A DNA stretch of 64,000 bases, taken from NCBI GenBank assembly GCA_050575255.1, contig JBNZDD010013567.1:1050001-1114000 (forward strand), written 5' to 3'. Position numbers and translations under genes: made by a program. Positions 1-36,051 of the stretch are shown in pieces (positions within the stretch are counted from its first letter, which is position 1; the number at the start of each line of letters is the position of its first letter). Under the pieces are notes generated by a model that was not told the DNA's origin, searched no databases, and worked only from the letters and a program-made list of their open reading frames with translations. This DNA is from Harriotta raleighana. Taxonomy: Eukaryota.

Positions 1-435
1 TGCTATAGGATAGGTCATATGTTGTTGCGATGGATTATTCTATTTATTCTTCTATTCTTCACAGATGAATTAAGCTAGCCCGCACCCTCCCCTCTATGAA
101 GCGTGCTATATAAATGTGGGTTGTAGTAGTACTTCAATTTTGTAATTTCCTGCTTCTGTTCCTCTGCCTCAATCCCTCTTTATCCATGATAAACCTTCAA
201 AACCACCTTGAAACTTACCTTTTCAACTACACCTATGGTCATCTTTGTCCCCCCCTCCCAATTCTGCAATCTTCGCAATTCTTGCTGTATAAATATCTAG
301 GAAGAGAGACATTGAGTCACACCCAAAAAGTTTCTGAAAAATAGTTATTAATTATACACAGCAGCACATTTTAAACTAAAATGAATATCTGGAAAACAGA
401 TTTTTTTTAAATATCATAAATGTGCAGAATAATGA

Positions 436-14106
<13,671 letters not shown>

Positions 14107-15198
14107 CAGTGTTAACACGTGGCTGACAACCATATGTGGCACGAAGTGGGATATTCCCAAAGGAACATTGGTTCAAGTTTTTTTTCTTTTAAATCCTTAA
14201 GTGCTGCTTGCTAATGATTCCCTGTTTCATGAGGAGGAAGCATCATTTAAACTATATTGCACTTTTCACAGAATTTAGATATCACTTCTGCAGGGAAGAA
14301 GGATGTCGACAGGTCAGTGGTTCATATGTAATGAAAGTTAACCAATTTCAGCCTGTAGACTAAACTGGAAAGTAGCAGGCCAAAGGTATACATCTGTGTT
14401 AAGTGGCAGATCAGTAGGACTCAGCATGTTGTGCTAGCTGCCATACCAATGACCTTGACAATTTGATAACTTCACTCAACAATATTCATACTGATTTCAG
14501 TATCAGTTTAAAGGACTGATAGGGAAAAGGAGAAGCGGTATTGTAAAAGTCTGTTCACTACTGGACAGTTGCATTGGATAGCTGATCATAATGTTTGCAA
14601 AGCGAGATCGAGCGTACATTTTGACCATCAAAAAGACCATCCGATCACGAGAGCAAATGGGCCTATCAACCCTTAAATTGTATTGTGAATTGGGTTATAG
14701 ATTTAAGGATGTGAGCAGTTAAGATAATTGAGCTTGCAGTAACAATCACCATATTTTTATAGAGGAGAACAAAGTTTGGCTTATTAAAGCCATCGAGTAA
14801 ACTGGCCGCGGTGACTTTGCATGCTCTGAAGTTCACAATCAGTCCTGTGATGCTAGCTCTCAGCCTGCTGGCTGCAATTCTGGTGCTGTTGCAAAAATGA
14901 CTCAGCAAAGGACCCTATCGGAGCACAGTTTTTATGGTAAGGCCACTGAATAGGTTTTATTTCTTTTAATCCCTTAATTATTGGGTATTCATTGCTTCTC
15001 TAGCAGAGAGCATCACTTGACACTACAGAGCCAATACTAAACAGTTAAAAAAAAGAGGATATATCCCTTAAATGCTGTACAGTTTTATATACATTAACCA
15101 ATGTACTATGATGGCAATCGCTGCCTTTAGATAATTTATTTTGCCACACATTACTGCACAGTTGTAAATAACTTCTCATATACTGTAATATCACTCTG

Positions 15199-15224
15199 CA
15201 GAGCTAAATGTATAAAAGAATAAA
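15199..15224 (+). terminator. Candidate proximal ANKRD11 poly(A) signal (UGUA plus AATAAA)
   Basis: cagagctaaatgtataaaagaataaa about 1.1 kb after the stop codon. Confidence 0.5.
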
Positions 15225-18200
15225 AAAATCCCTCCGTATGTACAGATCTTTTTAGATGGCACTTTCACTTCAATTTGGAAAATGGGCCAAAACGAAACAT
15301 TGAAATGCTCATTGTTTTACTGCTAAACATTTGGAAAATCACACTTGTACAAAATAAATAGATTTCTGTTATAAAAAATTCATTTGGTTACTCAACATTT
15401 TACACAAAGTTGTTGGTGTAGTGTAGTTCCTCTAATAATTATTTTTATTATTGAACTGTGTAGAGTTTTTTTCTAGATGTTTACATATTTACACATGGGT
15501 AAAACTACTGCACAGTAACTTTTTTTGGAAAAAGCACTGATACTGATTCAGCAGATTCAAATTAACCTTTTTTTGGTTTAAGGGCAAGCACCACATACCT
15601 AGTGTAAAATGTGTGGGTTCATAATGGGTATTTCAAGTTTCATTTATTTTTGTGAGGTAGGGAATATCTGATTATATGCACACCCAATAGTAAATGCGTT
15701 TTTGAATTATTAGACTATTTTACATTATTATTACATATAGTTTATGGAGCAGAACTTGAGTGACCCTGGAGGCTGCTAATCCTTGCTGAAATGTTAGAAT
15801 TTCCAATAAATAAATAAATATGTGCTTTTGTACCTGAAAAAAAAATTGACTAGCGGTTCCACAGAGGCATTATAAGAAAGGAGTACTGTACTTAGTTACA
15901 AAATTGGTAAAAATATAAACATTCATAAGAGACCGTTTATCCCTTTGCTCGATTACATTGACTAGATTTGAAACATTATAGCTAAGCACAGACTTGGATA
16001 TAGGTGTTTCATTATTAGTTATTTCCCAACCACACATATTTGTGATGAGTTTTATGAATTTCTAAATCCAATCTAGAACAATTATGATAGCCCAGTTCAC
16101 CAATCTTCACAATCTGTGAACAATCAAATAATTTGAGTTATCTGACTTATGAGTTACCATAATGTGTAGGAGTGCTCTTATAACAGAGCTAAATGTATAA
16201 GATAAATTTAAATATTTTACAGGGGAATCCTATGTCCAATATGAAATTTGAACAGCCTATGTAATCTTTTTCACCCCATTTATACTATACAACTATGTAA
16301 AGTAAATGTCTGTTAAATTGTGTCATCTAATAAATTCACCACTGCTGCTACTGCAACTGTCATACAATAGCTATTTGCTGTTTTATTACAGTGCAATTTT
16401 AACTATCACAATTTTTAGTTTCAATTACATGAGCTAACATTATAATCAGTGGTTCATGGTGACCAATTCTGAAATTGCTGGAAAATATCCTGAAATCCCA
16501 TCAGTTATCTCTTAAACATTAGTTTACACAGCAGTTTTCAGCATGCACTTAAAAAAATTCTAATTTGAAGACTTGCCAATTGTTTTTTTAATTTATTCAG
16601 TGCAAAATAAAGAGAAGTCAAATAATTTAAACATAATATTTGCTGTACCACCATCATGTTTGGAAATCACAAATTATCCCTTTTATTCAATCTTACTTTC
16701 AGCATAAACAGCCCTCAAACGATATCCACAATGTGGTGGTCTGTAGAAATAATATTTGTGCTTTTAAAAAGGCAACTGTTTTTTCAAGATAACTGAATTG
16801 GAACAGTATTGTCAAATACTTCGAAAAAAAATTTAAAGATTGGGACATGTTGAGTGCTGTGCAAGTTTTTTTTATATTGTAAATCCGGTCTTTAGGTTTA
16901 CTAAGGTATGCTGTCATCTGTTTGTGTAAAGACAATAGTCTAATAGCACTATTGTGTTTGTTTTGAACTACCTGATTACTATGAAGGCTCATTGTAAAAC
17001 TGAATTACTTTTGCTGAACACACAAACAGTATGCAGAATGTCCTTCGGTTAGTGCCTGGAGATAACAGTTTAATTTTATCCAGGTAAATGCTGTTAATTA
17101 GAAAATGAATCTAAAAGTTCAGCAAGAGATATTTCTAATTGTTTACACTAATCTCTGAGTGTCCAATTCCTGTTCTGTACTGTATTTTTTTTGATTAGTT
17201 GTACTTTTTTTTGGAGAATAAATGTATTGTAAATCAGGCACATACTATAATGTTATTGCTGTAATGTTAGCAGTTGAACTGCGTGCATTGTGTACCATTG
17301 TAGCAACTGAATTTCTTGAACGTAGGGCTCAAACAGTGGACCGACCTGCCACAAAACAAGTTAACATACTAATGAGCACAGATGAATGATACTCACTAGA
17401 CTAATGATTTAATGTAATCACTTTTTAGCAATCAGATATAACATTTCCATTTGTAAAATGACTCAGTTAATCCTGATGATTGTGTTCTTAATTTTTTAAA
17501 CATTGTTTTTCAAGAAAACTCACCTGTCTGAATCCAAAATTCTACCTGTTCTGAACTAGTAGACAAGTTGTTGAAACTTTAGTATAATTTGACTAAGGTT
17601 TTTTTTAATTTCCCTATGGAGTTTAATGACGTTCATGCCAATGACCTTTATTTGCTTTCTGTGGGATGAGAACTGGGTCAGTGATTTCATTATCCTTCAT
17701 CTGTATACAGCAGGAAAGGATCTTATCCAGAGCTCCATGTTCAAAATGGGAAAGAGACTTTCATTTCTAAGGTTATTAACTTTAGTGTACATGACGATAG
17801 CTATTGGAGGACCAATGCAAACACTGAAGCCTTATCTGCAACTAATTTTACTGACTCTTTTTAATGCATTTGTGAGGTGAGGCTCCTGGATTTTGTAAAT
17901 TGTCATTGCAATATCTAATAATAGTGAAGCATATTATCTCAAGTGAGACATGCAGTTTATCATCCTTTTCTTCACCCCACCTTATCGTAATTTCCTAAAG
18001 GATAACTGTTAGTTTGGCTTAGAAGGACAAAAGTAACTGTAAATGTGTCTGATATGACCAGAAACTCCCAATTTCCAGTTACTGCAATGTGAGGAGAACG
18101 CATGGCAGTGTTATATTTTGTGCTGATTTTAACGGAGTTTTCTATTTATAAACCAATTTTAAATTTTCCATAAAATTTCATGAGAATTTTCTTCACCCTA

Positions 18201-20105
18201 ATGCCCCCTACCCCCGCATTATTATCATGTACAGCTGGATCCTGCATTCCATTTGTTTTACCTATCTAAATAATTGTGACATTTTTAAATCTGCAGTCTT
18301 GTGTGTCATTAGTCTGTGACAATTTAGCATCAAATATTGCATGTAATGTCACATTGCTTGTATGGAATGTATGTCACTGTCACATCAATATATTTACTGT
18401 TGGGCACAAAATGAGAATATTCAAAGACTGAATGAATAATTACAATTAGAAATCTTTTTCTTCTGATCTATTTTAAAAAATTGTTTGAGCCCTACTCTTC
18501 TCTCTAAAAATGAATCCTGTTCATAAAGCATGGAAAATTGTTCCTAGCAGAGATGTGCAGAAAGGTTGGATTTCCTATGATGATCATTGAGTTTGAATTG
18601 TGGGTTACATTTATTTGTCCTTTCCTAGTTCCCTGGTATTGCAAATAGTACAGTATTTCTGTTTAAAAATAACTTTTTAGTTCAGAGTTTTTTGTACCCT
18701 GCATCATAGACAGATTAAATTACTATTAGTAGTAATAGGATGTTTTTTTTAGCCCCTATTTTTCATATCTTGATTTGAAACCAGTGATCACTGTGTGTGC
18801 ATATATATATTTTTTTTTTTTTCAAACCTTCTTTTTGACACAAGTATACATAAAATAAATATACCCAAACTTGAAGTTGGTATTTTTAGTTCTCTAGATG
18901 TTTTCATTCCATGCAGACTTTCAGTTCTTGTGGATCAATGAGTATCTGAAAATTATTGCAGAACAACGGTATAATGAAATTCACTTCTAGTGCTTAACAG
19001 TCAATCAGGACCCACACAGTTAACTTAAACTTATTTCACCATGGCCGGAGTTGGAAACAAATTTTGGCTTGATTGAAGAGTTGCTATTGAGTACCAGTAG
19101 TCCTCTTGAGCATTAATAATGAAAACATTAGACTACATGTAGAAAATCTGATCCCCTCCCTCAAAGCTTTATCCCATGCAGTTGAATAACAAGATGGTTT
19201 TATTTGTATAAGCTAATATTTTGTCTGCATGTTTATGAAGCTATTTACTTAATAGATGTATACCACACATTGGTTTCAGAACTATAGATGGGTATCCTCC
19301 AAAACCAATACTGTAATTCCAAAACTTATTTTTAAAAATGCTGAAAATTCAGTGACAGTTACTGACTGTAGCCATTTGTTGATCATCACAGAAAAATAAA
19401 CACATTTTTTCTGTTTAAATCTGAAGTTCTCCTAGTTAAATTAATTTTATAGATACATATTATATATTATACATAAACACACACACACATGTGTATGAGT
19501 GTATATGTATGAATCATTTCTGATTTAGCGTGTATAAGATTGGGATGTTTTTTTTACTTTGATATGTGCTCAGGAACTTTGCTTATTTCCAAGTTCCCAG
19601 ACCTACAAAGAACACTACAGAAAGTTTTTTTTTTAGTTTTTTTTAGAAATCTAGCTCTCGTCAATTACCCAGTGATTAATCTTGGTAGTCCAAAACTTTT
19701 GCACATCTTCATTTAATAGGGCGATGAACCTATTTCCCCCCCCCCCTTCTGACACCTGTGGTATGCGGATTAAAGTCTCAGATGTGTAAATGTTCCTCTT
19801 GCATCAGTACGAGACATTGTACATAACTGTAAATAACACATAGGTTCACACCCTTCTTTGTACTAGTAAACTGTGTAGAATGTTTTTTTTTAATAAAAAA
19901 CAAACAGTGGCAAACATGCCATCGTGATGTAACGATGTAATTTTTTTGTACAATGTAGGTTAATTGTGTACATATTGTTTGGCAGCGCCCAGCTGCAGTA
20001 CTGTCACTATCTGTATGAGTTCCTGCAAAACAAATGTTATTTTCTACAGTTGCATGTACAGAGAGAAAAGAGAGATGCTGTCGTCCCTCAAAAATTATGT
20101 TCGTA

Positions 20106-20146
20106 AATAAATGAAAAGAAATCATTTGGTGTGTTGTACTTTTTTT
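20106..20146 (+). terminator. Candidate distal ANKRD11 poly(A) site
   Basis: AATAAA at 20106-20111 followed by GU/U-rich ttggtgtgttgtactttttt; dense TGTA motifs upstream. Confidence 0.5.
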
Positions 20147-21039
20147 CCAACTGAGCTGTTGTGTGCCTCAGTTTGTTCAATTGTAAAAAAAATGAAATGA
20201 TCAAATCTATTTAGTTACATTTAAGATTAAAACAAACCTTCAGACTGGATGACGTTAATTGGACAATCTGCCTTGATCACCATTATTGATAGGATGATTG
20301 AGACTGTGTGTGTTTGCATGCAGAAAATTGCAATAATGTTCTATTATCAAACACCCAGGGGAAAGTAAAAAGTGTAAGGAAATAATCTCCCATCACGATC
20401 TATTTTCCTCTCTGCCAAAAGATTCTACAGCTCGATTTCTTGCTATCCAACATCACCTGCCACAAGGTGAACACAAGGAGATGCTTGAAGATAAATGCCC
20501 CTCATAATCAAATTGCCTGTCAATATTGAGGCTCGCAAATGATTAATAGCATTTAAGAATTTGCAAAAGCTTTATGGAAGCATAATCCGAAGAAGGAACA
20601 ATTGAATCGATACTAATCTTGTATTAGAAATTGCACTTTGTTGCCTCACAAAAAAAACATCTTCAAGCCTTCGACAGGGTTTACTACAAAGTGTTGTGAC
20701 TGGATTTGTAGGTGAATTGCTTGGGAGAGAGGTGGGTCTGTTGCATTTTTGATCTGATATATCTTAATTAATCTAGTTTGATCTGATATACTATAAATCC
20801 CTTGTTATAGTAACATTTCATTAAAAATACAATTAAAAGTTTAGGCACAAGCCTATTTGCCTATGAATGCTGTCCGAATTCCCAACATTTAGCTGACAGT
20901 ACATGGATTCTGAAATTTATATATGGGCACTTAATACAAAAGTCAGAAAATAATTCAACTTTCAGGACATTGGTTAGGCTGCTATTCAAGAGCACTATGT
21001 ACTTCTCTGCTGCACCATTAATAAAGGACATCCAAGCCA

Positions 21040-21320
21040 TAACAAAAACAAAATTTCACATCGGGAGGACATTCCAAGGCGTTGGACAGTGTTTTAGACC
21101 TGAGCTGGGTTCAGGGAGGGTGGAGAGAAGGGGGGTGATTGATGGCAGGGTCGAAAAGGAGGGTCTAGAGGCAGGACTTGAAGGAGGCCAGGAAGGGGGT
21201 GAGGTGGAGGGATTGCGGGATGGAATCCAATGGCTGGGGGTGATCTGGCTGATCCTGTAAACACCGATGGTAAACCGGCTGGGGCGGTGGGCATGGAGCA
21301 GGCCGGAGCTCGCTGAGCAT
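21040..21320 (-). mobile_element. L2-clade LINE 3' fragment (end of ORF2 plus tail)
   Basis: The reverse strand reads tggattccatcccgcaatccctccacctc...ttcaagtcctgcctctagaccctccttttc, a decayed WNSLP...FKxxLKTxLF end motif, followed by the (ttg)n-type tail. Confidence 0.65.
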
Positions 21321-22120
21321 TAAAACAGGAACATCTTGGGTTTACAGGATCATACCGAGGATGAAGGAATATTAATAATTAGATTTGATATTTCAGACAT
21401 TCCAACTCTGATGGGATACAATACAGATTCACATTTGTAAGTGGATTTGTATTGCACTCTACATGCAGGGACCCTTATCACTCCCCTCCCATTAACGCGG
21501 GAAACCAAAGCGCTGGTGGGTAGGGTGGTCCTCACCGGATAATCAACAGTAAAGCTAGTTAGACTGTGCTGTCGATGCCCAGCTATGTGGTTTTAAGAAC
21601 CGGTTTGACTCCAGCAGTCATCCACCCCCATCCACCCCCCACAACCTACCCTTGGTGGTTGCCAAGCCATGACTCTCGCCAACCTAATACTCTGTGGAGG
21701 GAGGGTGCGCATCGCATGCCAATAAAATAAAAACATCTCTGGAGCTCCCAATGTACAGGTGTGTTCATATGGAAATCTCAAGTTTGATTCAAACACACGT
21801 TAAGTCTGGTGGGTAATGGCTTTCCCCAGGTGACAGACACTTGGCTGACCCCCCCCCCTCCCTCCCCAATATCTGTGTATATATATGTAGGTATTATATA
21901 TACCTGCATATATATATATATAGTACTTAGCGAGTCAGGAGATTGTTCCAGAGGGGATTGGGGGTAAAGATTGTTGGGAATCGGAGCTGCTTTAAAAGCT
22001 GATTGAGGTGAGTGACTGAGCAGTGGGGGGGTGGGGGGGGACCGCCTATTCATGCACGGGTTTAATTTGAATAGAAACTTTCACCCAGTCAAGGTGTTTG
22101 TGGGTGTGAGTGTGGGAGGG

Positions 22121-22384
22121 ACAGAGAGAGAGAGAGAGACAGCCAGCCAGCCACACAGGAGATACGGGGGGGGGGGGGGGGGGGGNCATAGAGTGAGACA
22201 AGACAGAGAGTGAGACAGAGTGAGACAAACAAGATAGAGTGAGACAGAGGGACACAGAGTGAGACAAACAAGATAGAGTGAGACAGAGGGACATTGAGTG
22301 AGACAAACAAGGGACAGACAGACAGACAGACAGACAAAGGGATAGAGAGTGAGATAGGGACAGTCACACACACACACACACACA
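22121..22384. repeat. Compound simple repeat: (GA)n, poly-G, GAGTGAGACA-based minisatellite, (GACA)n, (CA)n
   Basis: Directly visible; contains an N at 22187; ends about 13 nt before the SLC22A31 ATG. Confidence 0.9.
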
Positions 22385-22397
22385 GTGAGGGAGGGTG

Positions 22398-31959
<9,562 letters not shown>

Positions 31960-33316
31960 CCAGTCTTTGTGTTGTCTGTAGAAATTCTATAAGCTGATGG
32001 TGCATACTATTGCACTGCAGCTAATTGTTGTTTGGTCATCGAGAAACTGATGTGTTAGAAACCACAGACTAAATACGGGATCATCTCAGAAAACATATTG
32101 CCTAAACGCTAGTTTGTGAACTAGAGTTAGGATTATGTTCGAAACATTAGACAAATATATTAGAAATGTTAGTTTCTGTTAAACTCTAGTCATTGCTGAA
32201 AGTCCCAGTTTGTGTTCTGTATAATAATCTTTTGTATTTACAATTCATCATGGGGAAAATGAAGTCTAATTGTGACATTCTGATATTTGCAGAACTTATT
32301 CTGTTTTAGCCAACTCATTCGAGAGAGGGTTAAGATATTTTTATTAAAAAGCAAAGCTTCATGTACTTTCTTCATTTCCATTCACTAATCTATAAAATAT
32401 TTTGGCCTGACCTCAAATCCTGCTTTGAATTTCTTTTTATTCTGAATTGTGAAAATGAAATTCTTACACTCCTGCTGATGTTCTGTTAATCAAACACTTG
32501 TGGGAATTGTTTGCAGTCATTTCAGCTGTGTTGTTCTCAAATTCTCAGTTTTTTAATAGTGGTTCCAGAACTCAATCAGAAAACTACACATCAGATACTC
32601 TTCCATGTTTTTCCCCCCTATTTGTGCCTTGAGTGGTGCTGCTGAAATTTGGAGAATGTTAATATTTACCTATATTTTGATTAATCAAAATTTCTTGAGG
32701 ATCCAGGTGAAAGCTGCCAGATCCAGCAATTACAAAGTTCTTAGTAGTTGTCAACTTTTTCAATCGTGCAAAATAGCATGTATTATACATTTTTAAGAAA
32801 AGTTTAAATGTACCAAATATTTTATTTCTGCAATCATTTCCCCCCCAATCACCTCAACAATTGAAAGCTACGTTAGATCATCTGTATGGCAGCATTGTTT
32901 AATGAGGTGAGCAATCATTCAAGACCTGAAATGATTTAACCTGTAACAATTTGTGGCAGTGTAAACACACAGTAGCTTAATGGATGTGGGGCATTTTACA
33001 GTGCTTTGGAATTAGTACTCGACTTTGTTTTCCTTCTAGATTCTCAAGATGATTTTAGGTTTTAATAACTATGGCCAACTATGTGTGTCCATCAACAACA
33101 AAAATTTGTAGAGTGGCTTTCACGTCAGGAGGATGTTCAGTTGATTGAAACTCTAGCTGTTCTGGCCACCTAAGGTCTATTGCTGAAAGCGCAATTCACA
33201 ACACAATTTTGTATTTGAGCTGTAAATGTTTAAATGTTATTTGACTGTTTTAATAATCTTTGAAAGTCAACATGTTTTCTGCAGACTACTGTGCATCGCC
33301 TGAAGCCTTACAGATT

Positions 33317-33596
33317 TAATAATAATACTAGTCCTTGCATTTGATATAGCGCTTTTACACATCTTCTAGGGTCTCAAAGCGCTTCATAGAATGTACTGTA
33401 AAGTGAAATGACTGTATATTTGTGGGAGAAATGTGGCAGCCAATTGCACACAACAGTGTCCCACAAACAGTTGTGGATTGAAAATGACCAATTTTATTAA
33501 TATGTTTATTTTTGGAGGGATTATTATTAGGCGTGTGGAGTAAGGAAATTTCCCCAAGGTTTCACCTTTACCTGCCTGGATTCTAAAACAGATCTC
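33317..33596 (-). mobile_element. Young Deu-type SINE with truncated head
   Basis: Colinear with the copy at 35641-35966. Confidence 0.85.
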
Positions 33597-34087
33597 GATT
33601 TAGGTTAAAAAGGCCATAGAAACCATTCCAGCTAATTCAGGAAGAAGAATATCCTTTGCAAGGTATCAGTTTGTTTCCTGTCAGCACAATGGTACACAAG
33701 GGTATCAATACTTGTGTAAGGAATTGATAAATATCTAATTTACATGGTGATTTTGGATGTGGGTGGGAGAAATGATTTTTACTATTTTTTCTTTTTCAAA
33801 ACGGGAGAAATTCCTGTTGATCACCTGCTACAATAGTTTGCAAATAAAATTACAATGTGATTACTGCTTTAACTGAAAATAAATTCCTTCTTACGGCAGT
33901 AATGATAATTCTCAGCAACAATAGTGCCATCTACCAAGTGGTACTGATGCCAACTTTAGCAAATGACAGTGTTCACTTGTGGATGATATTTGTTTAACCT
34001 TGTATTTAAATGGTGTTGCTTTATAAATATTTGCGTATATGTCTATTGCATGTAGTTACGTATAATATTCTGTAGCATTCGCTCCCA

Positions 34088-34093
34088 AATAAA
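34088..34093 (+). terminator. Candidate SLC22A31 poly(A) signal
   Basis: AATAAA preceded by TGTA motifs and followed by ttggttgtt. Confidence 0.35.
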
Positions 34094-35640
34094 ACTTGGT
34101 TGTTCATCTCCACAATGGTTTCTAGAGGAGCGAGCATGAATTTCTGATGTCCACTTAATTGCCATAAAATTGAGACTGGTTACACCACAAAGTTTAGGAA
34201 ACTGATCCTGCAAACAGTGTTAGATTAAGGAGTTTGTTCAATCAAGGCCCTATTTTTGTAAGATCTATATGTATGTATAGTTGATATACCTGTGATAATG
34301 ATATCTCTTCAGTGACATCTCTTGCATGTTGCACAGAGCATGCAGGAAAGCCAGCAACTGCTCAGGGGCTATGTGCACTGTTCACTCACTGCTGTGATGT
34401 GTGTTTCAGTGCTGATAGGTTGAAAGTTCTCTCTGAGTGATACACTTTTTTTTAGTTGTTCACGCACATAGCACAGATGTGGGATATTCTGCTTTTCATA
34501 TGTGTTCTTTCTTAATATGCTCACGGTAGAATTCCCTACACATTTTGTTGGATAAATAGAAGTGAAGGGAATTCAATGATTCTGGATGATGTCAGGAAGT
34601 TACCACAGTGTCTCATTTGCCTGTAGAGGGCACCCGAGCCCCAGTTAAGTGCTTGTGCAGAACTTTTTTAACAACGTTTTTAAAAAAACATATATATTTT
34701 ATCATCAGAAAAAACAATTCTGTATTTAATTTCCTATGATCTAAACTTCATAGACTTGTTATACATTTCAATGACCTTGCAAAAGTATTTATTACTTAAC
34801 TAGATTGTAATTATTAACCAATACAATCACAGCACAATGCTTATAATAATCCTTGTAAGCCATTTACCCACTCTCGATAAGTATCCATTGATCAAGATTC
34901 TCAACATGTATACAAACAAATGAACAAAATATGCTCTTCAAAGAAATCGTTCTTGTAGTACGTGATGACTGCAATCCCAAAGCACCCAGAGTAAATCTTG
35001 CACATGCTTAAATCTTCTAACCCTTTCGGATCTGCTTTGAAATCTGCAAGTCTGGACTTCTAATCAACTAGTGAGTGCGTATAATCATTTTAGGAATCAT
35101 TAAATTATTTTATGTGTTGATTAAATGCCCAGCGATGCTCCTGTTAATACACATTTTACATCCCGTTCGTGAGAGGTGAGTTTAATAAATGGAGAAATAA
35201 ACAAAATAAAATGCGGAAGAAGAAACAATGTGAAATATTTTTACAGTTTTATATGTAAGTTTATTTACCTGGTTATCGATTTGATTTATAAAATAATTCA
35301 CAGAATGTCATCCTATAATTATAATCTTAACCAATCTGCCAAGGTGTTATCACATGTTTGCATAAACTAGCAAGTATATTGCATATTATAAAACTTGGAA
35401 TAATGATAGTTGGGCAATTTGCTGATAAAGCAATCAACATGTTTTGGTTAAAATGTATTTGCAATGTTGTTGCATAAATTGGAAGTTTGGTTAGTTTTCT
35501 GCTCCTTTGATTCAGTCAAAGTTGTTTGGCTTGTTCTATAGTTATTGGCGGGTTTAGACCAAAATTGCATTTTCGGTTCACTTTAATTTACAGATATTTC
35601 TGAATCCGAGCCTTAGTCCTTTCGTTTCGCCCACATATAT

Positions 35641-35966
35641 AATAATAATAATAATAATAATAATCCTTGCATTTGATATAGCGCTTTTCACATCTTATTG
35701 ACGTCTCAAAGCCCTTCACAGAATATACTGTGAAGTGAATTGACTGTATATTTGTGGACAAAACGCAGCAGCCGATTGAGCACAGCAGTGTCCCACAAAT
35801 AGTCGTGGATTGAAATGACCAATTTTATTATTGTGGGGTTTTTTCAGATGGATTATTATTAGCCATGTGGAGTAAAGAAAACTTGTCCAAAGTTTTTCCC
35901 TGACCTGCCTGGATTCGAACACAGGTCTCACGGCTTGTAAGGCGAGTGCTCTAAACACTGAGCTAT
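35641..35966 (-). mobile_element. Full-length young tRNA-derived SINE (Pol III A and B boxes, Deu-like core, L2-like tail, (TTA)n end)
   Basis: Reverse strand starts tagctcagtgtttagagcactcgccttacaagcc...gttcgaatcc; core ctgtgctcaatcggctgctgcgttt; ends aaatgcaagg(att)n. Confidence 0.9.
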
Positions 35967-35969
35967 CTT

Positions 35970-36051
35970 CAATTCACTTTACAGCTCTGTGAAGCGCTTT
36001 GAGATGTCCAAAAGATGAAAAGCACTACATCAAATGCAAGGATTATTATTT
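35970..36051 (+). mobile_element. SINE 3' tail, inverted relative to the adjacent copy
   Basis: caattcactttacag...gtgaagcgctttgagatgtc...caaatgcaaggattattatt. Confidence 0.8.

Noticed and set aside
35895-35966. tRNA-like sequence with A and B boxes
   Set aside because: It is the head of a multi-copy SINE continuing into body and tail, not a tRNA gene.
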